DNA from: Kipferlia bialata
Taxonomy: Eukaryota
NCBI GenBank assembly: GCA_003568945.1
Contig: BDIP01000019.1
Location: 10,951 to 46,361, forward strand
Direction of reading: 5' to 3'
Length of the DNA stretch: 35,411 nucleotides
Positions within the stretch are counted from its first letter, which is position 1. Every line of letters starts with the position of its first letter. Below are positions 11,750-23,111 of the stretch, in pieces. The position numbers were made by a program, and so were the translations under genes. A model generated the notes under the pieces. The model did no database searches. It saw only the letters and a program-made list of their open reading frames with translations, and was not told the DNA's origin.

Positions 11750-13588
11750 CTACGCCTGACCGGTTGCGACCTCGGCCTGTGCTGCCTCCTGAGCATCTCT
11801 CTCTCTCTGCATCTTGTCGAGGTCTATACATGCCACATGGGCCCTGCACCCAAGCTGCTTGGCCAGGACCCTGTCATCAGTGTCTATATACACCACTATA
11901 TACACCACTATAGTGCTTCTGATACTACTCGCCTAGCAACCTGACCAGAGGCATACAGAGGGAGATGTACTGAGAGAGGGCGTGTACCTGGTGTCCCTCT
12001 GGGCGGCCTCTGCCGCTGGGGGTAACATCTCAGACGCGGTGAGCATGAGGAAGGTAAGTACAGAGGGGTGCATCGAGGCGGGGCACGTCTCGCCCAGACA
12101 CACCCCCACCCGGCACACAGCCCCCAGGGCGGCAGGCACAGCCACCCCCAGCAGCTCTCTAGAGGACAGAAGGAAGTCTAGCTGGGTGTTCGAGTCCTGG
12201 AACCTAAAGGTCAGGAGCGTCAGTATCAGTATCATATGCCAGGGGGGGAGGGTGGGCCGGAGGGGGTACAATGACATACGTATATATATGGAATGAGAGC
12301 GTGGGTGCCTGAGTCGGGATACACATGTATCCATGAACTCCGCAAGTCCCTGCTGGGTCGACAAAGGGTCCAGAGAGTCAAACACTTGCCCAGAAGCCTG
12401 AGTGAGTCATTCACACATGATAGTAGTAGGTGATAAAGATGAGTGGGTGTGTATGGGGATCCTGGGATAGACACACACTGAACTCTTACTAGTCGACAAC
12501 CATCCCTCTCTCCACAAACTGCTTTGTATAGTATAATGAGTGTAAAGGTACGTGTGTGTGTGCTTCCATCCATGCATCCTGCGCTATACACTGACACTGA
12601 CACTGACACTGTCTCTGATATAACTAGATAATAGAGGTTATACCTGTCTGTGGGCATCCAACGCCGCATCCATAAGAGAGAGACACATGTGGGCCATGAG
12701 AGACTGCCCTGAGGGTCAGTCAAGGACAAGGACGGAGTAGTATACACACAGTAGTATACTGATACTGATACTGATACTGCCCTGCGGGTCAGTCAAGGAG
12801 GAAGAGGAGGAAGGAGGAAAAGGACAAGGAGGAAGGAGGAAGAGGACAAGGACGGTGTTGGGGAGAGACAGAGTCACAGTCATATAGACCATCGTACCTG
12901 CTGGAAACCCTGACTCTGGAACGTCTCTACAGAGAGCCTGGAGCACAGACATCGCCACACCACTTCTGACCTGTATCAGTGTATGCACCAACAATATCAA
13001 CCTTAAAAGTAGTCTTGTACGTATGCGCTGACCTGGGCTGTGGTCACCCCAGGTTATTGTATGTATACTATGTATGTACTATGTATGTATACTATATATA
13101 TATCCTTGTATGCGCTGACCTGGGCTGTGGTCAGCCCCCCTAGCAGCGACAGGACACATGTCCCATGGCAGGACAGTAGCGACACCAGGCTGAGGGGCGA
13201 GGGTGACCCAGAGGTAGGGGGACACAGGGCCCCAGGTGGTCGGCACAGGGCGAGGAGGGACCGCCTGACTGCCGCCCCTAGGAGGCGTCTCTGGCTGGAG
13301 GGGAGGGTGGGGGCAAGAGAGACCTGGGACTCGAGGAGACCCAGGAGGTGGGGCACGAGGTGGCCACAGCCACAGTGCAGGCATAGAGAGAGGCACGCCT
13401 CGAGGGCATCTGGGTACGACGCCTCGGCCAGACGGGAGGGGGCGGACAGGGCGTCGGTGCATATGCGACAGAGCACCCAGGCTGCCGAGGCCTCCTGAGG
13501 TGATGTGCACACTGGGTCACCCCCCGCCGAGGGTGTCAGGGCCTGCCTCATGTTGAGGCACAGGTGGCAGAGGGCCAGGGAGCCCATG
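11750..13588 (-). CDS. Multi-exon hypothetical protein, Leu/Ala/Cys-rich and possibly helical-repeat; 5' end lost in N gap
   Basis: Long exon about 13120-13588 and exons including FQDSNTQLDFLL...RDTR|VLAKQLGCRAH...ATGQA* (TAG at 11750-11752). Confidence 0.65.
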
Positions 13589-13654
13589 CTACAGTGAGGC
13601 AGTGGGGTAGAGGGGGGGGGGGGTTGAAGTGGAGAGAGAGAGAGTAGTCGGATG

Positions 13655-14393
13655 NNNNNNNNNNNNNNNNNNNNNNNNNNNNNNNNNNNNNNNNNNNNNN
13701 NNNNNNNNNNNNNNNNNNNNNNNNNNNNNNNNNNNNNNNNNNNNNNNNNNNNNNNNNNNNNNNNNNNNNNNNNNNNNNNNNNNNNNNNNNNNNNNNNNNN
13801 NNNNNNNNNNNNNNNNNNNNNNNNNNNNNNNNNNNNNNNNNNNNNNNNNNNNNNNNNNNNNNNNNNNNNNNNNNNNNNNNNNNNNNNNNNNNNNNNNNNN
13901 NNNNNNNNNNNNNNNNNNNNNNNNNNNNNNNNNNNNNNNNNNNNNNNNNNNNNNNNNNNNNNNNNNNNNNNNNNNNNNNNNNNNNNNNNNNNNNNNNNNN
14001 NNNNNNNNNNNNNNNNNNNNNNNNNNNNNNNNNNNNNNNNNNNNNNNNNNNNNNNNNNNNNNNNNNNNNNNNNNNNNNNNNNNNNNNNNNNNNNNNNNNN
14101 NNNNNNNNNNNNNNNNNNNNNNNNNNNNNNNNNNNNNNNNNNNNNNNNNNNNNNNNNNNNNNNNNNNNNNNNNNNNNNNNNNNNNNNNNNNNNNNNNNNN
14201 NNNNNNNNNNNNNNNNNNNNNNNNNNNNNNNNNNNNNNNNNNNNNNNNNNNNNNNNNNNNNNNNNNNNNNNNNNNNNNNNNNNNNNNNNNNNNNNNNNNN
14301 NNNNNNNNNNNNNNNNNNNNNNNNNNNNNNNNNNNNNNNNNNNNNNNNNNNNNNNNNNNNNNNNNNNNNNNNNNNNNNNNNNNNNNNNNNNNN
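13655..14393. other. Assembly gap (739 N)
   Basis: N run flanked by G-rich and poly-C tracts. Confidence 1.
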
Positions 14394-14444
14394 CTCTTTT
14401 TTAATTTTTTTCCCCCCCTTCCCCCCCCCCCCCCCCCACCCCAG

Positions 14445-14718
14445 ATGCCCTAGATGGCCTTGATCTCCTGTGCTGTAACATGTATGGCAAGAGCGTCTCT
14501 GGCGATGACACCCTTCTCAACATCAACGTCGAGTCCTCACAGGTGGGATAGTCCATAGTATATATACTATCAGTATATGTAAGTCATTTGTTTGCTTATA
14601 TTCACCCCAGGGAAGGCTCAGCGGCACCCTGAAGCTCAGGACAAAGTCCCAAGGGTATGGTGTGTCCCTAGCTGAGTGCATATCCCGCAGTATGATCACA
14701 TCAAGCGCCCAGGAGTAG
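14445..14718 (+). CDS. COPB1: Coatomer beta subunit (beta-COP), last two exons
   Basis: Exons 14445-14542 and 14611-14718 give ALDGLDLLCCNMYGKSVSGDDTLLNINVESSQGRLSGTLKLRTKSQGYGVSLAECISRS...*. This matches the beta-COP C-terminal pattern (ANLYAkS.FGeDAL.N.siE...G.irIRsKtQG.alSLG). Confidence 0.85.
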
Positions 14719-14898
14719 AGCAACAATAGATCAATTCACATATATTCCAAGATATGATCAGCAGAACCAATTGCAAATTGTTCTATTCTTATTCCCTCTT
14801 TGGGGTCTTGGACACACTATTATTGACACAATGAATGAGTAACACGATGCTTGATATGAAGGGGCATCTGCTGCTCGCTAATGTTGCAAGCATACTGC

Positions 14899-17800
14899 TT
14901 ACAGATCCCACTCAGCAGGGATTGGGAGGGATGCAGTGTTGGTGATGGGGGTGTAGTCAGTACCACCATACAGAGAGGCCATGCGGAACACTCTGGGGTT
15001 GGGGGAAAGGGAGGTGTACTAACTACTCAGTCAATGAAGGTTGCCTATGGTAGTACACTAAGTACCTGTACGACGCCTTGTCACAACCGGCACTGTACAC
15101 TATCTCTCCACTGGGACTGACCTCATAGACAGAGGAGGAGTATCCGAAGGGGTCCCTCCAGCCTAGAATGAGTGTCAGAGATATGCTGTTAGTGTACAGT
15201 TAAGCCCAGTCTCTCTCACCTCTGCGTGACTTGTGCTCTCCACAATGGTACCAGGTGTTGCCATTGGCCAGTACCTGACTGGTTCCTAGAGAGTGAGAGG
15301 CATAATGAGAACAAAAGTCTACATACATGATCATCCCAACTCACCCAGTGCAGCACAGAAGGTGGGTAGCTGCTTCCTCATGAGTAGCACTGCCTCCTGT
15401 CTTGTCTCGTTGATCAGAGCTAGCACACCTGCACAGTGAGTATATAACTACAAAGTGAGGTCATACTTTATGGTAGTCTATTGGATATCCATACCGTATG
15501 AGTGTGGAGGGGTCACGCCATGCTTGAGGACGGGGGTGTTGTCGTTATCGAAGATGGACACCAGCCTGACATCCTCCCGTCCCTCCACCTGGTACAGCTC
15601 GATGCAGTGCTGGTGTGAGGGAGGGGTAGGGGTGTTAATGTTTGCTGTGAATGGGAAGGGATATAGTCGTAAATGAGGATATATATCGTCCACACCTGGT
15701 GTGTAAAGAACGTGGTATCTGCATCATAGTCCTTGACATACGGCTGGTAGTCTGCGTCAAACAGGGCAAAGTCCTGGGGTCAGAGTCACTGGTGACACTA
15801 AGAAAGAGAAGCTTGTGAGATAGAGCATACCCAGTACCAACCTGCAGGTTGTACACTGGGTCTCCCCCGTTCTCCCAGTCCAACTTGAATATGGCGTCAT
15901 AGTGCCTGGGGGTCAAATGGGAAACACAGTTACTGCAACCAACTCTAGAAGGAACATCATAGGAACACCCTGTCTGACCTTGCTGACATCAGAACCTGTC
16001 CGTCTGATGGGTCTATCAGGAGGGTGTTGGCATGGGTCCTGTCTAGTGCGGCATCGCCTGGAGGTCAACGGAAATGGGTATTGAAAGCAATACAAGAACA
16101 TCATAGTCCCACCGTAGTAGATTGGCTCGAGAGACATGGTGGGCAGGTTGAATGCCACGCTGTTGTAGCTGTCCACATTCTGCTCAGCTAGGGATATGCC
16201 AACATGCTCGTGTGCCTGGGGTGAGCTGTGCTCAAACTATGCAATGAATCACCATTGCAGTGACAGTAATCTGTGTATATGGGTTACCTGCCAAGACTTG
16301 GTGAGGTTACGATCAGCGTCAAACTCGAGTACATAGTCCCAGTGCTGCTCAGGAACCTGACAGTGAGTCAACAACTAGACAAATCTATCTATATCTAGAC
16401 AAACAAACAGCCATCAATTTCTACATCTTCCTCTACCTGCTCGGCTCTCTCTGTGGAGACTGGCTTCTTCCTCTCCTTGTTGCACTTGAAGAAGTCGAGC
16501 AGGCCGTGCTCCTCCTTGGGTATCGAGAAGTCAACGGTGGAGTAGCCTGGGGGATGAGCGTATGTCATTACACTGGGACAAATGAAGAGATACATAGACG
16601 TGTAGTAGAATGATTCCTCCGAGAATGAGGGTGCGACCATCAGGGGTCCGGGCTGCATCGTGATGACCAAGCACCTCTGGGGTGGGATAAAGAGGCAACA
16701 TAGAGGCAAGACATCTTTCTGGCTGAAGTACAATTATGATTGAATACTGCGTACCTGCCACCAGGTCTGACCCACTGGCGAGTAGCATGTCGTTCACTTC
16801 GTATAGACCCATAGTCCACAGAGGTATGCCCTCAAGGTCCACCTCGGCCCACACCTAGGGTCAGGAGAAGGAAGGCAGTGGTGTGGAGTAATGTGACTGT
16901 ACTTACATACCTGAGCCAAAGAGGCCGATGAGAGTGAGGGGTTGAGGGTCTTGGACCCATTGGCCCATAGGAACCAGGTGCCTGGGGTTAGGTCACAGGT
17001 CTACAAACCTTCAGTATTGTAGGACGGCTGTTAAGATAGCACTACTGACACGTACCTCTTCCACTGACCCTTGTGAACTGACCACTGGACTTCTCTCCAA
17101 ACATGAAGGATCCCTGAGTGTGAGGGTGTAAGGGCAGAGGGGGAGGGGCACTACTATTGGGTGACACACATGTTACTTCCTCATACACTGTAGTGCACAT
17201 ATACCTTGTAGTGTGGCATGTAGTACACAAGGTTCCCATTCATGTCTGTGGCAGTGGCAAGACCCTCCTGGGTGTGAAGATGGATAGTGCGACGGTACAG
17301 TGATGATACACATGCCTATATAACCTGCCTCACCTTGCCATATCCCACTGCCAGGTGGCACTGCATCATGTACCCCTCGTGGGAGGAGGTGGGCAGGTTG
17401 GCGTTCTCCACGTACTCAGGTCTCATGACATAAGGGGAGAGGCGCTTCTGGACAGCCTTGGGGATGGGACCTGGGGTGAGTGCGGAGTGTATATATCAGA
17501 TATACACAACTATGTCATGGGGCTAATCCAGTAGAGCTCATATATGCGGAGTATATATGGTACACCAACAATATACCTGTTGTGTATGTGACATACTCTC
17601 CGTTCTGTATGCCTGGGACAGCAGGACAGTCACTGTCCGGCTCTATCCACACATTGCCACTGGGGTCAGACAGAAGGTCAAAGGAGTATACCACGTAAGG
17701 GCCAAGTACAATGATGAATATTTCAATACTCTCTACCTCGTGAGTGTCCACTCAAAGTCTGTGTCTCTGGGCTGAGGCCTGGGTACACGGACATAGTCAT

Positions 17801-19043
17801 GCCTGGGGTCAGAGGATGAGACACATACATGGGGAGGAACCTCGTATAGAACAAGGACATGAGATTGAGATATGTATTGATGACACTCACTTCAGCTGGT
17901 ACTCTGTCTCTGTCTGCAGCCCCACCACAGTCATGTATGTGGGTGACCCAGGGGTGATCTCGTTACACGTGGCTGTCTGCCACTCCTCGGGCTGGTCACC
18001 ATCCTGAGGGGTGAGGCAACATGTATAGTCATATATAGTTGAATAGCGTGTTGGTCACGTGGCACTGTACCTGGGTGACCCTCTTGAAGTGTACCCTCAT
18101 GCAGAAGTCGTCAGTATCCTCACCAGAGACAGCTTGGTACAAGGCAGAGAGAGTGTCTGGAGGGGGAGTACATGTAAGTGGATGGTAGGGAAGCACTTCG
18201 TCGGAAAAATAAGATATATATATCCGATCCAGACACACCCACACCCATACACCCACCTGTATCAATGGGTGGCAGTGCATACCGGACCCCTAGGGAGAGG
18301 AAGTCTAAAGGAGCTAGGGTGGGGACAGCAATCTCGGGCTGCATCATCGCATCACCTGGGGGTGATGGTGGGGACACACCTTTGAGTGTCCAGGTATGTA
18401 TACACACATATATATGTATATCCATACACCGTACCCACTATGGCTGCCACACTGAATGAGACTGTCACCTCCTCCTGCCCCTCTGTCACTGAATAAGGGG
18501 ACCAGGAGTGGTCGACAGAGGGGTCGTACCAGGGCCTAGAGTAAGGGGGAGAGAGAGGGAGACAGAGATTGAGAGAGAGACAGAGTAACCCCCCACCTAT
18601 ACCCTGTCTGGACTGTCAACTCATAGACACCGGGTATGTCGGGTCTGAACAGGTGGGAGGGGTCATGGTCCCAGTAGCGCAGCTGGGGTGAGGGGGTGGG
18701 ATCCATACAATATGTATACTTATGGCCATACGTGACATGGCATCATACACATATATATATTTACCTGTCTCCCCTCAGCCCAGTCCTCATGTTGGAGGGT
18801 GAACATGTACAGCCTGTTGTGCTCATCGGGGGTGGCGCCACGGTACCTGGAATGAGGCACTGCAAGACATACATATACTCTAAAACACACATATTGACAC
18901 AGTGGGGAGTGAAAATAGGTACATACACCGGAAGTGACGGCCGCACCTTGCATTGATTATGACGCTGGACCCCACGTGTATGGCTCGCAGCTTGTCTGTG
19001 ACTGTCTCTCCCATGGCATAGTTGAGGGACACAACAGAGAGAC
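14899..19043 (-). CDS. Arylsulfate sulfotransferase (ASST/AssT family beta-propeller) with N-terminal beta-sandwich region; at least 26 exons; start unresolved
   Basis: Spliced motifs in order: VVGLQTETEYQL, YTT|GPIP, ATDMNGNLVYY, EVDLEG, GHHDAARTPDG, DYVLEFDADRNLTKSW, DRTHANTLLIDPSDGQVLMSAR|HYDAIFKLD, FFTHQ|HCIE, SIFDND, G|TSQVLANGN, VYEVSPSGEIV, SYR|VFRM. TAA at 14899-14901. Confidence 0.88.
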
Positions 19044-19091
19044 CTGGAGGGTAAGGGGGGGGGGGGGGGGGGAAAAGGGCGGGGAGAAAAA

Positions 19092-19130
<39 letters not shown>

Positions 19131-19639
19131 CGTATTGTACACTTCACACACCCTATCCTCTGTATCTTCGGGTCACCGGCCAGTCTCCATAGCACAGACA
19201 TGGGGGAGAGTGGGAGTATGTGTGACTCAACGCAAACAGTAGTGCAGCTTCAGGACTCCTGAGTCAATACAGCTGGTATAGCTCACACAGGTGCACCTAG
19301 TCTGTCTATCTCTCTCTCTATCTATCTCTATCTATGCGTCTGTCGTAGCAAGGGCTGTATTCCCATTGACCACTTGGGGTGAGGGTATCTATAGAGGAGG
19401 TCCAAATGATCGACAAAGAATCGATTACAATCCTGACATTACTAATGATCAACTCCATTCCAAACACTATACCACGAACATCTATTACCAAACGAAAAAA
19501 CAGTATAACAACACAACTCACAAGACTCAAGTGAACATAACCACAAATAACCTGGGAATCTTAACAACATATATACAACATATATACAAGCACTCACTAG
19601 AAAGGCGTTCTTAGAAAACACTTCCTCTCCCACTCTCTC

Positions 19640-22600
19640 TCACTCCTGATCAGCCCAGAAGTCTCTCTCTCCCTCTCTCTCCCTCTCTGCCCTCCACTCT
19701 CTCTCTCTCTCCCTGAGGTGCCGGGCCTCTCTCTCCCCCGTGTGCCTCAGACCCGGTCTCAGATAGGCCTCGGAGGGGGAGGGGTCATCATCGAACCTGG
19801 AGGGTGCCAGGGTGGGGGAGACACTCCTCCCTCTCTTTGGCGCCATATCTCTCTCCCTGTCCCACCCAGTGATAGACATACCAGACACATCACTCCCCAT
19901 GCCCCACTCCAGTGAGGGGGCAGGGGGGGACACCCTGCCCGTGCGCCCCTCTGTCTGCTGGATGGGTCTGTCCCTGTGGGGTCTGAACCTGTCTGGCCCA
20001 GCCTGTACAGACAGGTAGAAGTCATCAACCAGTCTGTGCAGGAACACATACTGGTCCTCGGACTGCACGATGGAGTGGTTCCTCTGCTGCCTCAGAGACC
20101 GGACCAGGTCTATCAAGGAGAGAGGCAGCAGGGAGGGGGAGAGGGAGACCCCGGACACGCTCTGACAGGCAGCCAGGGCAGCTGTCTCCCTGATGTCCAC
20201 AGAGGAGTAGGGTGGGAGTGCACTGCACCCACAGGAGTCTAGGGACTGTGTGGCGATGTGGGCTGCTATGTATGTGCCTGCCCTACCCAGTCCTGCACTG
20301 CAGTGTACTATTATAGGTGTGTCGAAGGGGTGGGGGACTGAGTGGATACAGGGGTAGGGGATGGGGTGTGTCTCCCCTTCTGCCTGTGCACTGACCCTCT
20401 CCCTATGCCTCACACGCAGAGGGTGGTCTCGGGACCTGGGGGGTGAGGGGGAGGGGGGTCAGTACATTTGTACACACACATTCAATGTATATATATATAT
20501 AGGATGGATACCCGTACCGTGCGTGCTGTGTCCTGGCCATGTGGATGAGCTCTATCAGCTCCCTGGTGTTGTTGGGTGCTGACCTGTCAGGCCAGTCCAT
20601 GTACTGGTAGTGCACAACCTCATAGGGTGTGGAGTCCACAGTCTCTCCCCCCCTCTCCTCCACCCCATCCCTACCCATCTGTGTGTATGGGGTGTGTGAT
20701 AGGCTGAACCTCCTGACCTCTATGCACCCTAGCAGTGACCTCTGGGCAGTCAGGGTGACCCGAAGCATACCATCCCCACCCTCGGCATCGTACACAGAGT
20801 GGTACTCTAGCACACCCCCTATGGCCATGGGCCAGTACCTGTCATCAGTGTCAGTATATAAATATATATGTGAATACATCTATCTATCTATATATCATAC
20901 TGATACACCCCCTATCGACATGGGCCAGTACCTGTCATCAGTGTCAGTATCAGTATCCACATCTATCTATATATGATACTGATACACCTCCTATGCACAT
21001 GGCCAGTACCTGTCTGCCCTGACCCTGCTCACCCCCTGCCTCTTCTGCTGGTCCAGCAGTCTCTTCCTCTCCCACTCACTGTCGGGGTCACCTCCCCCAC
21101 GGTACGGGTCGGGGGCATCCCTGGGGATTAGTACAGTACATACACATACATATATATAGATAGATACACTGTAGGGGTCGAAGGCATCCCTGAGGGTGAG
21201 TATAGTACATATCGTCGTACGTCTATACATGTATAGATACACTGTAGAGAGAGATCCATATACATGAGTGTAGCAGTCTGTGTCTGATTCAACCATCCCC
21301 ACCTACTCTTCCTGGATGGTATTGTGCCCACCCCCCCTGCCCCTATGCACTCCACCAGTCTGGTCAGCATCACTATGACACCTGGGGGTGAGAGGCATAC
21401 ATGTGTATGAATACACTAATGTGTATATGAATATACTAATGTGTATACATATATATACTGGTCTGGTCAGCATCACTATGACACCTGGGGGTCAGAGGGA
21501 TATACACGTGAATATATTCACACACACATAGATACATATATCAATTAGTCTGTCACCACTATGACACCTGGGGGTCTGAGATATACCAATGTAGAAAGCC
21601 TCGTCAGCGATACTACGCCTACTACACATACCAACCCTCTGCTGATCGCATCAGTACCTATTGTATATATACACTGATACCTGCCCTCCGCTGATAGACC
21701 ATGGCCCAGAAGTCAGGGATATGTATATATATGTATATATACATATCTATCTATCTATACATACATACATGTATATATATGTATATATACCTGCCCTCTG
21801 CTGATAGACCATGGCCCAGAACTCAGGGATGGTCTTCTTCCTATCGGTGTCCAGGGGGGCCTGGGGTGAGGGAAAGATACACTATATGTGTATTGTATAC
21901 ATGGTATATATATATATATATACATTGACAATGCAATATGCTTCCTATCGGTGTCCAGGGGGGCCTGGGGTGGGGTCACATGGGTCACAATAGTTATATA
22001 TATATAAATACAACTCAAGGGACATGTATATAAGCAATGCTCTACGCTTCCTGTCGGTGTCCAGGGGGGCTTAGGGTATTAGTATTGGTCACATTACCCA
22101 CGTACTAAATACATATACAATACTTTAGTACATATACAAATAATGTATTGTGCTACAACCTGTCAGTGTCCAGGGTTCAGTAACGCTCTCTCTATACATG
22201 TATAGAATATAGTTAATATAGCAATAGTAGACATAACTGTATCCATACCTGGCACCCTATGAAGTGCATGTTGTGATGGAACACGTGTGATGCATTGATG
22301 TAGTCACACCAGACAGGGGGGGCATATCCATCACTAGCAAGGGTATCAGGCACAGAAGGGATGTACTGAGACACCTCTCCATCCTCACTCCCATCTATGG
22401 GTACGGGAGGGCGGTGGGGAGAGTATAAGGGCACCTCACCCTCTGGGTCGCAGGCTATGCGTACCCTGGTAGTGAGTAAGGGAGAGGGAGAGAGCTGCAC
22501 TACTAGGATATGTGTATAGAGAGACAAGGAGATAAACACATTGAGAAATGTATATGTCCATACCTGTGTCCATCCAAGGGAAGGCCGGACATGTACCGGT

Positions 22601-22904
22601 TCTTGTTCATGTTGGCATACCCTGTGCTGAACCTAGAGAGTCAGAGAGGGGGGAAGGAGGATAGAGTGGGTCAATCCAATCAGGTCAAGTGTATATATAG
22701 AAATGCAACAGGCAGCACAGGAGAGATACAATATACCCACCAATCATGCTTGTCGTAGTCCAAGTACATCTGGTAGCCATCTATCTCTAGATGGCGGTGC
22801 TCCTGTGGGTGAGACACAGACAGCATTGGTAGTAGACACAGTGGGTATCAGAGGCCACTCATACACACCTTGCCGAACTGCCGCCTCAAGTGTGCAGTGT
22901 ACAT
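19640..22904 (-). CDS. Classical (pTyr-type) protein tyrosine phosphatase, non-receptor
   Basis: ATG at 22904. Motifs NKNRY, DYINAS, CQ|APL, EFWAMVYQQ, VIVMLT, RYWP, YMDWPDR, VHCSAGLGRAGTYIA, LRQQR...IVQSEDQY. TGA at 19640-19642. Confidence 0.95.
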
Positions 22905-23111
22905 GGTCTGCCAAGGATCCTCGTGCACCTCACACACCAGTAGGAGAGACGAGGATCACCTCAGGCAACGGCTCTTTGTAAAGGTCACTTTCCGGCTCTA
23001 CCCAGACCCTTTGTGCACAAAGAGAGTACCAAACCCTTTTGACACAAAAAAAGGGCCACCTGCCTCGTGAAGGCAACGACGAGGATATTTTCAACAATAT
23101 CGCGGCCAATA
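22905..23111. promoter_or_regulatory. Probable bidirectional promoter (207 bp) between PTP and CH-protein start codons
   Basis: Divergent ATGs at 22904 (-) and 23112 (+); region lacks microsatellites. Confidence 0.55.

Noticed and set aside
13629..14453. Long ORFs in the track
   Set aside because: Translations of the N gap.
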